Source of the DNA: an uncultured Candidatus Saccharibacteria bacterium
GTDB lineage: Bacteria > Patescibacteriota > Minisyncoccia > Phycocordibacterales > DATDWN01
Assembly (NCBI GenBank): GCA_964391455.1
Contig: CAYMJQ010000001.1
Span: 15,865 to 79,864 of the forward strand
Length of the DNA: 64,000 nt
Reading direction: 5' to 3'
Positions 55,477 through 64,000 of the stretch are shown in pieces. The notes below the pieces were generated by a model that made no database searches, had not been told where the DNA came from, and was given only the letters and a program-made list of their open reading frames with translations. The translations under genes and the position numbers were made by a program. Numbering within the stretch: position 1 is the stretch's first letter; every line of letters begins with the position of its first letter.

Positions 55477-55713
55477 TTGGGAATAAAATTAATGCAGGAT
55501 CAAAAGAAAAAAGATGATGCTGTTTTAGCTCAGGTTATAGAAGCTCTACCTAATACTTTTTTTAGAGTTAAAAGACTTGACAACGGAGAGGAAATGTTGA
55601 CTTATCTTTCTGGTAAAATGAGACTCCACAGAATCAGAGTATTGATTGGAGACAAAGTTGCCGTTGAGATAGACCCATATGGAGGTAAAGGCAGAATAGT
55701 TAAAAGAGTATAA
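55477..55713 (+). CDS. infA: Translation initiation factor IF-1
   Basis: It has an S1-like fold (LPNTFFRVKRLDNGEEMLTYLSGKMRLHRIRVLIGDKVAVEIDPY). The start is possibly the ATG at 55492. Confidence 0.9.
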   Translation: MGIKLMQDQKKKDDAVLAQVIEALPNTFFRVKRLDNGEEMLTYLSGKMRLHRIRVLIGDKVAVEIDPYGGKGRIVKRV

Positions 55714-55758
55714 GTTTCTATATGGAAATTTATAAGGATAAAGGTTTGAGTTAAAAAA

Positions 55759-55876
55759 CATGAAAGTAAAAGCTTCTGTAAAAAAAATATGTCCAAAATG
55801 CCAAGTAGTCCGAAGAAAAGGATATGTTTATGTTATATGTAAAGCTAACGCTAGACACAAACAAAGACAAGGATAA
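55759..55876 (+). pseudogene. rpmJ: Ribosomal protein L36 gene interrupted by a +1 frameshift in a C-run (TGCCCAAGT, where TGCCAAGT would be expected)
   Basis: Frame 1 gives [14 protein letters not shown] and then aberrant residues. Frame 2 continues with [24 protein letters not shown]. Deleting one C at about 55800-55802 restores a canonical 38-aa L36 with its C-x2-C-x12-C-x4-H zinc ribbon. Confidence 0.6.
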
Positions 55877-55911
55877 AAATTAAACAGAAAAAATTCAACT
55901 AAACTAATACA

Positions 55912-56289
55912 ATGCGTATCCTAGGAATTACAATACCAGAAGAGAAAAGAATAGAGATAGGATTAACAGTCCTTTATGGCATCGGTCGTCCATTAGCACA
56001 TAAAGTTCTTGATGAAGCCAAAGTTGATTACGGCACTAAACCTAAAGATATCTCTATAGATCAGGAAAATGCAATAAGAAAGGCAATAGAAAAATTAAAA
56101 ATAGAAGGAGATTTAAAGAGAGAGGTTGCAGGTAACATAAAAAGACTCAAAGATATAAAAAGCTATAGAGGTAGTAGACACAGTAGAAATCTCCCAGTGA
56201 GAGGTCAAAGAACTAAAACAAATGCTAGAACAAAGAGGGGTGCTAAAAAAACGATGGGAACAGGAAGAAAAACAGCTGATAAAAAATAA
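55912..56289 (+). CDS. rpsM: 30S ribosomal protein S13
   Basis: MRILGITIPEEKRIEIGLTVLYGIGR is a canonical S13 N-terminus. Confidence 0.95.
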   Translation: MRILGITIPEEKRIEIGLTVLYGIGRPLAHKVLDEAKVDYGTKPKDISIDQENAIRKAIEKLKIEGDLKREVAGNIKRLKDIKSYRGSRHSRNLPVRGQRTKTNARTKRGAKKTMGTGRKTADKK

Positions 56290-56297
56290 TAAATAAT

Positions 56298-56729
56298 ATG
56301 GGTAAAAAAAGAATTGTAAAAACAGAAGGAGATACAGAAGCAGGTATAAAAACACCTACTGTTTCTGCTGTATCTAAGAAAAAAATAGATTCTGGTAATC
56401 TGTATATACAATCTACTTATAACAATACTCAAATCGTCTTAACGGATTCAAGGGGTAACGTTTTAACTACAGCTTCTTCTGGTTCAGTTGGATTTAAAGG
56501 AGCGAAAAAAGGTACCCCATTTGCTGCTGCCAAAGTTGGTGAAATAGTTGGAGGTAAAGCTTCTGCTATGGGTATGAGAGAAGTTGGAGTAATTGTGAAA
56601 GGGGTCGGATCTGGAAGAGAATCTGGAATCAGAGGTTTTATATCTAAAGGTATAAATATAACTTCAATAAAAGACGTCACTCCTGTTCCACACAATGGAC
56701 CAAAACCTAAAAAACCAAGAAGAGTTTAA
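56298..56729 (+). CDS. rpsK: 30S ribosomal protein S11
   Basis: It has the S11 signature and conserved order. Confidence 0.95.
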   Translation: MGKKRIVKTEGDTEAGIKTPTVSAVSKKKIDSGNLYIQSTYNNTQIVLTDSRGNVLTTASSGSVGFKGAKKGTPFAAAKVGEIVGGKASAMGMREVGVIVKGVGSGRESGIRGFISKGINITSIKDVTPVPHNGPKPKKPRRV

Positions 56730-56747
56730 AATTTATAAAATAAAATT

Positions 56748-57359
56748 ATGATTACCGGACCAAAATATAAAATAGCTAGAAGATTAGGGGCTCCAATATT
56801 TGAGAAAACTCAAACTCAAAAGTATGCTATCAATCTAGAAAGAAAATCTAAAAACAGAAAAGGTTTTTTGAAACCAAAATCAGAATTCGGAATACAACTA
56901 AATGAAAAACAAAAAGCAAGATTTATTTATGGTATTTCAGAAAAACAGTTTTCAAACTATGTTAAAGAAGCTTTAGATAAAAAAACATCTAATGCTCCAC
57001 AATTAATTTTTGAATACTTGGAATCAAGACTTGATAATATTGTGTATAGATTAGGTTTTGTAAACACCAGATTAGCAGGAAGACAAATGGTATCTCATGG
57101 TCATATAAAGGTAAATGGAAAAAGAGTAAATATTCCTTCTATGAGACTTAAAATGGGGGATAAAGTTGAAATAAATGATAGGTCTTTAAACAAAGCTCTA
57201 TTCAAAGACTTGGATCAAAGACTAAAAAATTCAAATATGCCTTCTTGGATTAAATTTGATATGACCAAAAAGACCGCAGAAATACAAGGTAAACCTGGTT
57301 TTGTAAAAACAGAAAATATGTTTGACCTTAACACGGTAGTGGAGTTTTATAGTCGTTAG
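56748..57359 (+). CDS. rpsD: 30S ribosomal protein S4
   Basis: It has the S4 N-terminal and S4 RNA-binding domain. Confidence 0.95.
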   Translation: MITGPKYKIARRLGAPIFEKTQTQKYAINLERKSKNRKGFLKPKSEFGIQLNEKQKARFIYGISEKQFSNYVKEALDKKTSNAPQLIFEYLESRLDNIVYRLGFVNTRLAGRQMVSHGHIKVNGKRVNIPSMRLKMGDKVEINDRSLNKALFKDLDQRLKNSNMPSWIKFDMTKKTAEIQGKPGFVKTENMFDLNTVVEFYSR

Positions 57360-57443
57360 GTATTGATTAATTAATAGATTTAGTGTATATTATTAACTGC
57401 TTTAATTATTAAAATTTTATAAAATAAACTTAAAATACCCTAT

Positions 57444-58397
57444 ATGTCTGACCATACAATTGTTATCCCATCTAAACCTAAAATCGTATCTGAAACTGAT
57501 TTTAGTGGAACATATGAAATAGACGGTCTATATCCAGGATATGGACACACTCTTGGTAATTCTCTTAGAAGAATCATACTGTCTTCTTTGCCTGGAGTGG
57601 CTGTTACTTCTGTAAAAATAGAAGGAATTGATCATGAGTTTTCTGTTATTTCTGGAATAAAAGAAGATGCAATAACCATTCTTTTGAATCTTAAAAAAAT
57701 GAGACTAAACATGGTCTCAAATGAATCTCAAACTCTTACTTTAAAGGTTAAGGGAGCTAAAGACGTAAAAGCTTCAGATATAAAAGTTCAAGGTGGAATT
57801 GAAATATTAAATCCTGAACTTCACATAGCTACACTTACTGACAAAAATGCTGAATTAAATATGGAAATAACAGTAGAAAAAGGATTAGGTTTTGTTCCTA
57901 AAGAAGTTCTACAAAAAAATAGAGTCGACATAGGCTCGATAACAGTTGACGCTATATTTTCTCCAGTAAGAAGAGCTAGTTATGAGGTTGAAAACATGCG
58001 TGTCGGCGATAGAACTGACTTTAACAGACTTAGAATGTTCATAGAAACAGACGGAACAATTACACCAAAAGAAGCTTTAGAAAGATCTATAGAGACAATG
58101 ATAACCCAACTTAAAGCAATAATTGGTTTCAAAGAAGAAGATGTAATATTATCACCTTCTGAACCAGAAGTTTCTTCTACTAAAACAGAAACTGATGAAG
58201 ACTCTCTAAAAACAAGGATCGAAACTCTAAATCTATCAGCAAGAACTCTAAATGCCTTATCTAACGCGAACATAAGAACAGTTGGAGGTTTAGCTAGAAA
58301 AAAGGAAAAAGATATACTAGAAATAGATGGTATGGGAGCAAAAGGCTTAGCTGAAATAAAAGAAGTTTTAGAAACATTTGGTATAACATTAAAATAA
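57444..58397 (+). CDS. rpoA: DNA-directed RNA polymerase subunit alpha
   Basis: It has an N-terminal dimerisation domain and C-terminal alpha-CTD. Confidence 0.95.
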   Translation: MSDHTIVIPSKPKIVSETDFSGTYEIDGLYPGYGHTLGNSLRRIILSSLPGVAVTSVKIEGIDHEFSVISGIKEDAITILLNLKKMRLNMVSNESQTLTLKVKGAKDVKASDIKVQGGIEILNPELHIATLTDKNAELNMEITVEKGLGFVPKEVLQKNRVDIGSITVDAIFSPVRRASYEVENMRVGDRTDFNRLRMFIETDGTITPKEALERSIETMITQLKAIIGFKEEDVILSPSEPEVSSTKTETDEDSLKTRIETLNLSARTLNALSNANIRTVGGLARKKEKDILEIDGMGAKGLAEIKEVLETFGITLK

Positions 58398-58440
58398 GTC
58401 AAAAATAAGTCAAAAATAAAGATAAAATTTATAAACCAAT

Positions 58441-58788
58441 ATGAATCACCACAAAGCAAAAAGAAAATTCGGTAGAGAAAGAAAAGTTAGAAATGGGCTC
58501 ATGAAATCTCTAGCTCTTGCTTTGGTATTGGAAGGTAAAATTAAGACAACTGATGCAAAAGCTAGAGAATTAAGGCCTATGATTGAAAAACTTATAACTT
58601 CAGGTAAGCTTGGTACTGTAGCATCAAGAAGAAACCTTGTATCAAAAATTGGAAATATTGGAGCGACAAAAATAGCTAAAGAAATTGCACCTAAATATGA
58701 AAGCAGATCAGGTGGTTATACCAGAATAACTAAACTCCCAAGAAGACTTTCTGATGGAAGTTTGGAGGCGGTAATTGAATTAGTATAA
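58441..58788 (+). CDS. rplQ: 50S ribosomal protein L17
   Basis: HRKAKRKFGRERKVRNGLMKSLA is an L17 N-terminus. Confidence 0.95.
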   Translation: MNHHKAKRKFGRERKVRNGLMKSLALALVLEGKIKTTDAKARELRPMIEKLITSGKLGTVASRRNLVSKIGNIGATKIAKEIAPKYESRSGGYTRITKLPRRLSDGSLEAVIELV

Positions 58789-58806
58789 TAAGTAATTTTA
58801 ACAAAT

Positions 58807-59151
58807 ATGAAATACACAATAGACGCAGAAAATAAGAGAATAGGAAGAGTTGCTACAGAAGCTGCTGTATTTCTAATGGGTAAAAATAAATCAGACTTTG
58901 CAAAGAACATAACTCCTAATATAAAAGTTGAAATAAAAAACACTTCAAAAGCTCTAATATCCGAAAGCAAAAAGAATCAAAAGACATATAGCAGGTATTC
59001 TGGATACCCTGGTGGTTTAAAACAACCAACAATGGAACAAGTTATTGCAAAAAAGGGGCATAAGGAAATTTTCAAAGAAGCTGTTTCTGGTATGTTGCCA
59101 AAAAACAAACTAAGAGCAAAAATGTTAAAAAATTTGATTATTACAGAATAA
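58807..59151 (+). CDS. rplM: 50S ribosomal protein L13
   Basis: IDAENKRIGRVATEAAVFLMGK and LKQPTMEQVIAKKGHKEIFKEAVSGMLPKN are L13-like. At 114 aa it is rather short. Confidence 0.85.
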   Translation: MKYTIDAENKRIGRVATEAAVFLMGKNKSDFAKNITPNIKVEIKNTSKALISESKKNQKTYSRYSGYPGGLKQPTMEQVIAKKGHKEIFKEAVSGMLPKNKLRAKMLKNLIITE

Positions 59152-59152
59152 A

Positions 59153-59554
59153 ATGGAAACTAAAATGAAAGAAAAATACATAGAAGCAGTTGGTAGAAGA
59201 AAGACTTCTATAGCAAGAGTTAGAATTTTATCTAGTTCAAAAAATTCTTTTGAAATAAATGGAAAAGATTTACATGATTATTTCAAAACAAAAGAATTAC
59301 AAACTATAGCCAAACAACCATTGGTTGATAACTCTGAAAAGTTTAAAGTTACAGCTAAAATAATTGGTGGTGGGGTACACTCTCAATCTGAAGCATTAAG
59401 ACATGGTATAGCAAGAGCTTTAGTTAGAAATGATGAAATGCTAAGAAAAACATTGAAAAAAGCAGGTTATCTAAAAAGAGACCCTAGAGCGAAAGAACGA
59501 AGAAAATTTGGTTTGAAGAAAGCAAGAAAAGCTCCACAATGGTCGAAGAGATAG
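59153..59554 (+). CDS. rpsI: 30S ribosomal protein S9
   Basis: The C-terminal ...RDPRAKERRKFGLKKARKAPQWSKR is a canonical S9 end. Confidence 0.95.
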   Translation: METKMKEKYIEAVGRRKTSIARVRILSSSKNSFEINGKDLHDYFKTKELQTIAKQPLVDNSEKFKVTAKIIGGGVHSQSEALRHGIARALVRNDEMLRKTLKKAGYLKRDPRAKERRKFGLKKARKAPQWSKR

Positions 59555-59727
59555 AAAACAACCCCTTTTATGGGGTTTTTTCTTTACTCTTCGAAGACGG
59601 AGATATGTTTTGATACCAATCAAAACAATCGAGTCGGGGTCGAAGAATTTTGTGAGCGACGGCGAACAAAATATCCGTGACAAGAGATAGAAAACAACCC
59701 CTTTTATGGGGTTTTTTCTTTTACTCC
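59546..59727 (+). repeat. About 45-bp near-perfect direct repeat (AAGAGATAGAAAACAACCCCTTTTATGGGGTTTTTTCTTTACTC) present twice, 136 bp apart. It duplicates the last codons of rpsI plus its intrinsic terminator
   Basis: Copy 1 spans 59546-59589 and copy 2 spans 59682-59726, with one T indel between them. Each carries the AACCCC-TTTTAT-GGGGTT hairpin plus a T-run. Confidence 0.6.
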
Positions 59728-59870
59728 ATTGTGGAGTTAGAAAAGGGTCGGAAAGGAATGATTTTAAATCTTTAAAGATATATTCAACGAGTTTGACCGC
59801 TTAAAATTTTGTGTTAAAATGCATTTGTTATTTACTAGAAACTAACAACTAGCAACTAAAAACTATTATT

Positions 59871-60476
59871 ATGAAGGATGATGATATCAAAAAACTACAT
59901 GAAGAAGAAATCGATACTGACCCTGGGGACGGAGATTTGGACGTGGAGGATATTACCTTAGAGGACATGCCAGAAAACCTTGCACCGGAGATAAAAGATC
60001 GCACAAATAAATTAAAAGAAAAAATAAAAGAACTGCAGAAAAAAAACGCAGAAATAATGGATTCTTGGCAAAGAGATAAAGCTGATTTTATAAACTCTAG
60101 AAAACGAGATGATGATGAGAAAAAAGAATTTATTAAATTTGCAAAAAGAGATTTGATTGAAGAAATTTTACCAGTCTTGGACGCTTTTAACAGCGCAATG
60201 AAAAACAAAGAGTCTTGGGAAAAAGTCGACCCTAATTGGAGAACTGGCATTGAATATATATATACCAAACTTAAAAACACCTTAAAAGATCATGGTCTGA
60301 ATGAAATAAATCCCGTAGGTGAGATGTATAACCCAAAGAGAGATGAAGCTATAGAAATGGTTAAAGTTGACAGTAATGAAGATGATGGTAAAATACTAGA
60401 TGTAATTCAAGTTGGTTATGAATTAAACGGCAAGGAGATACGCCCACCCAAAGTCCGAGTGACATCCCATTCGTAG
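59871..60476 (+). CDS. grpE: Nucleotide exchange factor GrpE
   Basis: It has a coiled-coil N-terminus and the C-terminal GrpE fold (DAFNSAMK...IEMVKV...VIQVGYELNGKEIRPPKVRV). Confidence 0.9.
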   Translation: MKDDDIKKLHEEEIDTDPGDGDLDVEDITLEDMPENLAPEIKDRTNKLKEKIKELQKKNAEIMDSWQRDKADFINSRKRDDDEKKEFIKFAKRDLIEEILPVLDAFNSAMKNKESWEKVDPNWRTGIEYIYTKLKNTLKDHGLNEINPVGEMYNPKRDEAIEMVKVDSNEDDGKILDVIQVGYELNGKEIRPPKVRVTSHS

Positions 60477-60480
60477 ATAT

Positions 60481-60786
60481 ATGAATATAATAAAATCACA
60501 AGGAAATATTGTTGAAAAAGTTCTTAGAGACAAAGAAGGTAAACTTATTCGTGCAAGATTTTTTGTGTATGAAAATGGTGGAAGAATAAAAGCCAGACTA
60601 CTTGATTTTGTCTATCTAACAGAGCAAATTTTATTAAACGGCAGACAACTACTTCTTTCAATATTTAAGAAAGACAACCTAGAGACTGTATTTAAATTTT
60701 TTGGATTTTCACTAGAAACCAGAAACTATCAACTAGCAACTGTTTACTTTCTCGGTTCTAAACCTCGCGCACCAACTTTAATTTAA
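60481..60786 (+). CDS. Hypothetical protein (101 aa) between grpE and dnaK
   Basis: ORF only. Its start is 4 nt after the grpE stop. Confidence 0.3.
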   Translation: MNIIKSQGNIVEKVLRDKEGKLIRARFFVYENGGRIKARLLDFVYLTEQILLNGRQLLLSIFKKDNLETVFKFFGFSLETRNYQLATVYFLGSKPRAPTLI

Positions 60787-60884
60787 TTTTGTTACTTTAT
60801 TAACATTATTAAAATAACCACACGCTTTCATAATTTGGATAAAATCCAAAGTTGAAAGCTCTGTAAAATTAACTAATAAATTAT

Positions 60885-62789
60885 ATGGCTAAAATTATAG
60901 GAATAGATCTAGGAACAACAAACTCTGCTGTCGCAATCATTGAAGCAGGGCAACCAAAAATATTAGAAAATTCTGAAGGAGCAAGAACAACTCCCTCAAT
61001 AGTAGCAATATCAAAAACAGGAGAAAGGCTTGTTGGTCTTTTAGCAAAAAGACAGGCAGTAACCAACCCTAAAAACACTGTTTTTGGTATAAAGAGATTT
61101 ATTGGACACTCTTTTGATGATGAAGCCGTACAAAAAGATAAGTCTATTGTTCCATACGAAGTATCAAAAGGAGCTACAGGAGGAGTTAGGGTAAAAATGG
61201 GAGACAAAGAATATACTCCTGAAGAAATATCAGCAATGATACTTTCTAAAATAAAATCTGATGTAGAAGCAAAAATAGGAGAAAAAGTAACACAAGCTAT
61301 TATTACTGTTCCTGCTTACTTCAATGACTCTCAAAGACAAGCCACAAAAGATGCTGGAGCAATTGCTGGTTTGGAAGTTTTAAGAATAATCAATGAACCC
61401 ACAGCAGCAGCTCTTGCTTATGGTTTTGATAAAGGTAAAAAGGAAGAAAAAATAGTGGTATTCGACTTCGGTGGTGGAACATTCGATGTTTCAGTTCTAG
61501 AAGTGGGGGATTCTGTTATAGAAGTAAAATCTACAGATGGTGATTCACATTTGGGAGGAAAAGACATTGATCAAAAGATTATAAACTTTTTGGCTGATGA
61601 GTTTAAAAAAGAAACAGGTATAGACCTGAGAGGTGACACTCTAGCTTTACAAAGATTAGACGAGGCAGCTGAAAAAGCAAAAATTGAGCTGTCTACAGCA
61701 ATGGAATCAGAAGTCAACATACCATTTATAACAAGTGATGCTTCTGGCCCAAGACACCTTCTTATTAAAATAACTAGAGCAAAACTAGAAGAACTAACTT
61801 CTGAATTTATAGACAGAGCAATGTCTATAACTAAAAGAGCAATGGAAGCTTCTGGTTTCTCTACCTCTGATATTCACGAAATAATTTTAGTAGGAGGACA
61901 AACCAGAATGCCAAAAATCGCAGAGAAAGTTAAAGAATACTTTGGCAAAGAACCAAACAAATCTATTAACCCAGATGAAGTAGTTGCGATGGGAGCAGCT
62001 ATCCAAGGAGGAATACTTGCTGGAGACGTAAAAGACGTATTACTTCTTGATGTTATACCACTATCTCTAGGTATAGAAACAATGGGAGGTGTTGCTACAA
62101 AACTGGTGGAAAAAAACACAACCATACCAGCTTCTCGTTCACAAGTTTTCTCAACTGCAGCAGATAACCAGACATCAGTAGAGATTCATATTGTGCAAGG
62201 TGAGAGAGCAATGGCAAATGATAATAAATCTCTAGGAAGATTTATTCTGGATGGTATTCCACCAGCACCACGAGGTATGCCACAAATCGAAGTTATGTTT
62301 GATGTTGATGCAAACGGCATACTTTCTGTAAAAGCAAAAGACAAAGCAACTGGTAAAGAGCAGTCTATTAGGATTGAAGCAAGATCTAGTCTCTCAAAAG
62401 AAGAAATTGAAAAAATGCAAAAAGATGCAGAAATGCACGCAAGCGAAGACGCTAAAAAGAAAGAAATTGTTGAAGCTAGAAACATTGGTGAACAACTGAT
62501 CTACACAGCAGAAAAAGCAATGAAAGATGCGGGAGATAAAATAACTCCTGAAATAAGAACAGGGGTAGAAAATAAAGTTACAGATCTAAAAAATGTTTTA
62601 GCAAATACAAATGCAGATTTAGAATCAATAAAAAAAGCTACAGTTGAGCTTTCAAATGAGACTTCAAAAATAGGGGAGTCTGTGAATAAAGCTAGTGCAG
62701 AGCAGTCTACACAGACTCCACCGACTGGAGATGCTCCTAATTCAGAAAATGTGAGAGATGCAGATTTTGAAGAAAAAAAACCGGAATAG
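60885..62789 (+). CDS. dnaK: Molecular chaperone DnaK (Hsp70)
   Basis: [18 protein letters not shown] and [11 protein letters not shown] motifs are present, and the protein is full length. Confidence 0.97.
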   Translation: MAKIIGIDLGTTNSAVAIIEAGQPKILENSEGARTTPSIVAISKTGERLVGLLAKRQAVTNPKNTVFGIKRFIGHSFDDEAVQKDKSIVPYEVSKGATGGVRVKMGDKEYTPEEISAMILSKIKSDVEAKIGEKVTQAIITVPAYFNDSQRQATKDAGAIAGLEVLRIINEPTAAALAYGFDKGKKEEKIVVFDFGGGTFDVSVLEVGDSVIEVKSTDGDSHLGGKDIDQKIINFLADEFKKETGIDLRGDTLALQRLDEAAEKAKIELSTAMESEVNIPFITSDASGPRHLLIKITRAKLEELTSEFIDRAMSITKRAMEASGFSTSDIHEIILVGGQTRMPKIAEKVKEYFGKEPNKSINPDEVVAMGAAIQGGILAGDVKDVLLLDVIPLSLGIETMGGVATKLVEKNTTIPASRSQVFSTAADNQTSVEIHIVQGERAMANDNKSLGRFILDGIPPAPRGMPQIEVMFDVDANGILSVKAKDKATGKEQSIRIEARSSLSKEEIEKMQKDAEMHASEDAKKKEIVEARNIGEQLIYTAEKAMKDAGDKITPEIRTGVENKVTDLKNVLANTNADLESIKKATVELSNETSKIGESVNKASAEQSTQTPPTGDAPNSENVRDADFEEKKPE

Positions 62790-62812
62790 TTTATAGTTGT
62801 TAGTAAACGATA

Positions 62813-62852
62813 AAGTCCGCGTTAAGAACGAACTTTATCGCGGACTTGTTTA
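62813..62852. terminator. Hairpin (AAGTCCGCG...CGCGGACTT) between the convergent dnaK and a small minus-strand ORF
   Basis: A 9-bp stem was read directly, with a weak T-run. Confidence 0.4.
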
Positions 62853-63080
62853 CGGAATTTTCTTCCTAGTGATTTTGACTGAAGGTTTTGCAGAATCATG
62901 ACTACTACCAACAACAAACTCTCCAGTCATTGGCACAATAATCATTTCAGATGAACTTAAGCGAAGAAGAAGATCTATGCTACCATCACTTGTCGTTATG
63001 GTGACACGTCGACCTCCAATGTCTTCACACTGTTCCACGTGGATCTCCATAGCCCAATCGCCAAAAACTTTCTTCTTCAT
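62850..63080 (-). CDS. Small hypothetical protein (76 aa)
   Basis: The ORF has slightly elevated GC and no motif. Confidence 0.25.
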   Translation of the reverse strand: MKKKVFGDWAMEIHVEQCEDIGGRRVTITTSDGSIDLLLRLSSSEMIIVPMTGEFVVGSSHDSAKPSVKITRKKIP

Positions 63081-63161
63081 AAGAAACCTCCAAGAATAAA
63101 CTACTTAATTAGGCAACTTAAGTCAACTGTACTTAAACCTTAAAATCCTTATAATAAAAAT

Positions 63162-64000
63162 ATGGCAAAAGATTACTATCAAGTATTAGGGGTTGATAAA
63201 AAAGCCTCAAAAGATGAAATAAAAAAGGCCTTTAGAACCCTGGCTCACAAATATCACCCTGACAAAAAAACAGGGGATGATACAAAATTCAAAGAAATAA
63301 ACGAAGCATATTCGGTTCTTTCTGATGATAAAAAAAGAGCCCAATATGATCAATTTGGTCAGGCTGGCACAAATGGGTTTGGAGGGCAAGGATTTGATGG
63401 TTTTGACTTCTCACAATTTACTCAAGGAGGTTTTGGTAATGGAGTAGAATTTGATTTTGGAGATATATTCGGAGACTTCTTTGGAGGGGGAAGTAAACGT
63501 CAAAACAAAAGAGGTCGTGACATATCAATAGATATAGAATTATCTTTTGAAGATTCTATTTTTGGAGTAGAAAGAATAGTGCTGTTAAACAAAGTATCCA
63601 AATGTGATACCTGTAATGGCTCCGGAGCTGAAAAAGGAACAGAACAAACTACCTGCACAAAATGTAATGGAAAAGGGAATATAAGAGAGATTAAAAGAAC
63701 ATTTTTTGGTCAATTTGAATCAACCTCTGTTTGTGACACATGTAATGGTATAGGTAAAGTACCTAAGGTAAAATGTACTACTTGTCACGGTCATGGCGTT
63801 CTAAAAAAAGAATCTGAAATAAAGGTAAAGATACCGGCGGGCATAGATAATGGGGAAATGATAAGGCTTTCTGGTGCCGGTGAAGCTATTTCAGGAGGTA
63901 TATCTGGTGACTTATATATAAAGATATATGTAAAAAAACACTCTGTATTTAGAAAAGAAGGTCAAAACCTTGTAATGGACTTAAATGTCAAGCTAACTGA
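63162..64000 (+). CDS. dnaJ: Molecular chaperone DnaJ (N-terminal part; continues past the window end)
   Basis: The J-domain is [32 protein letters not shown], followed by a G/F-rich linker and CxxCxGxG zinc-finger repeats. Confidence 0.9.
   Translation, partial: MAKDYYQVLGVDKKASKDEIKKAFRTLAHKYHPDKKTGDDTKFKEINEAYSVLSDDKKRAQYDQFGQAGTNGFGGQGFDGFDFSQFTQGGFGNGVEFDFGDIFGDFFGGGSKRQNKRGRDISIDIELSFEDSIFGVERIVLLNKVSKCDTCNGSGAEKGTEQTTCTKCNGKGNIREIKRTFFGQFESTSVCDTCNGIGKVPKVKCTTCHGHGVLKKESEIKVKIPAGIDNGEMIRLSGAGEAISGGISGDLYIKIYVKKHSVFRKEGQNLVMDLNVKLT

Noticed and set aside
1-64000. CRISPR arrays, rRNA genes, IS elements or transposases, and integrase genes
   Set aside because: I scanned for regularly spaced direct repeats, rRNA-like conserved blocks, DDE or tyrosine-recombinase motifs and terminal inverted repeats. 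None was found. The only repeat structures are the tRNA-Ala fragments and the rpsI terminator duplication.

Overview
This is a low-GC (about one-third G+C) window dominated by compact, mostly plus-strand housekeeping operons. The gene content and several truncated essential proteins (UvrC, AlaS) suggest a small-genome bacterium, possibly Patescibacteria/CPR-like, though that is inference. Recognisable genes include msrA/msrB, a DEAD-box helicase, xseA/xseB, tgt, uvrB-uvrA-uvrC, ddl, two tRNA-Ala genes, ychF, leuS, mnmA, pepF, alaS, infA, rpmJ (frameshifted), rpsM-rpsK-rpsD-rpoA-rplQ-rplM-rpsI and grpE-dnaK-dnaJ.

The main finds:
- A 6-kb operon at the start encodes three secreted proteins carrying the SipW-cognate (TasA/camelysin-class) signal motif. 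It also encodes a dedicated SipW-type signal peptidase, a lamin-tail-domain/acidic-tail protein and an FN3 membrane protein. An ECF sigma factor and its anti-sigma factor follow immediately.
- Several short high-GC (about 50-60%) cassettes sit in intergenic gaps, each with its own promoter/SD and terminator. They comprise a collagen-like GXY-repeat secreted protein, a lipoprotein, a 47-aa membrane peptide, a 121-aa ORF next to tRNA-Ala(GGC), and a roughly 300-nt structured ncRNA whose family I could not assign.
- The intact tRNA-Ala(UGC) gene is flanked by exact fragments of itself: the 5' 24 nt and an anticodon-arm piece upstream, and a 3' 16-nt piece downstream. This looks like a recombination or integration scar.
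- A CAACT-N-CAACT motif recurs upstream of grpE, dnaK and dnaJ.
- An ATP-cone/REase-like plus HD plus UDG gene trio is present.

No CRISPR array, rRNA or transposase was seen.
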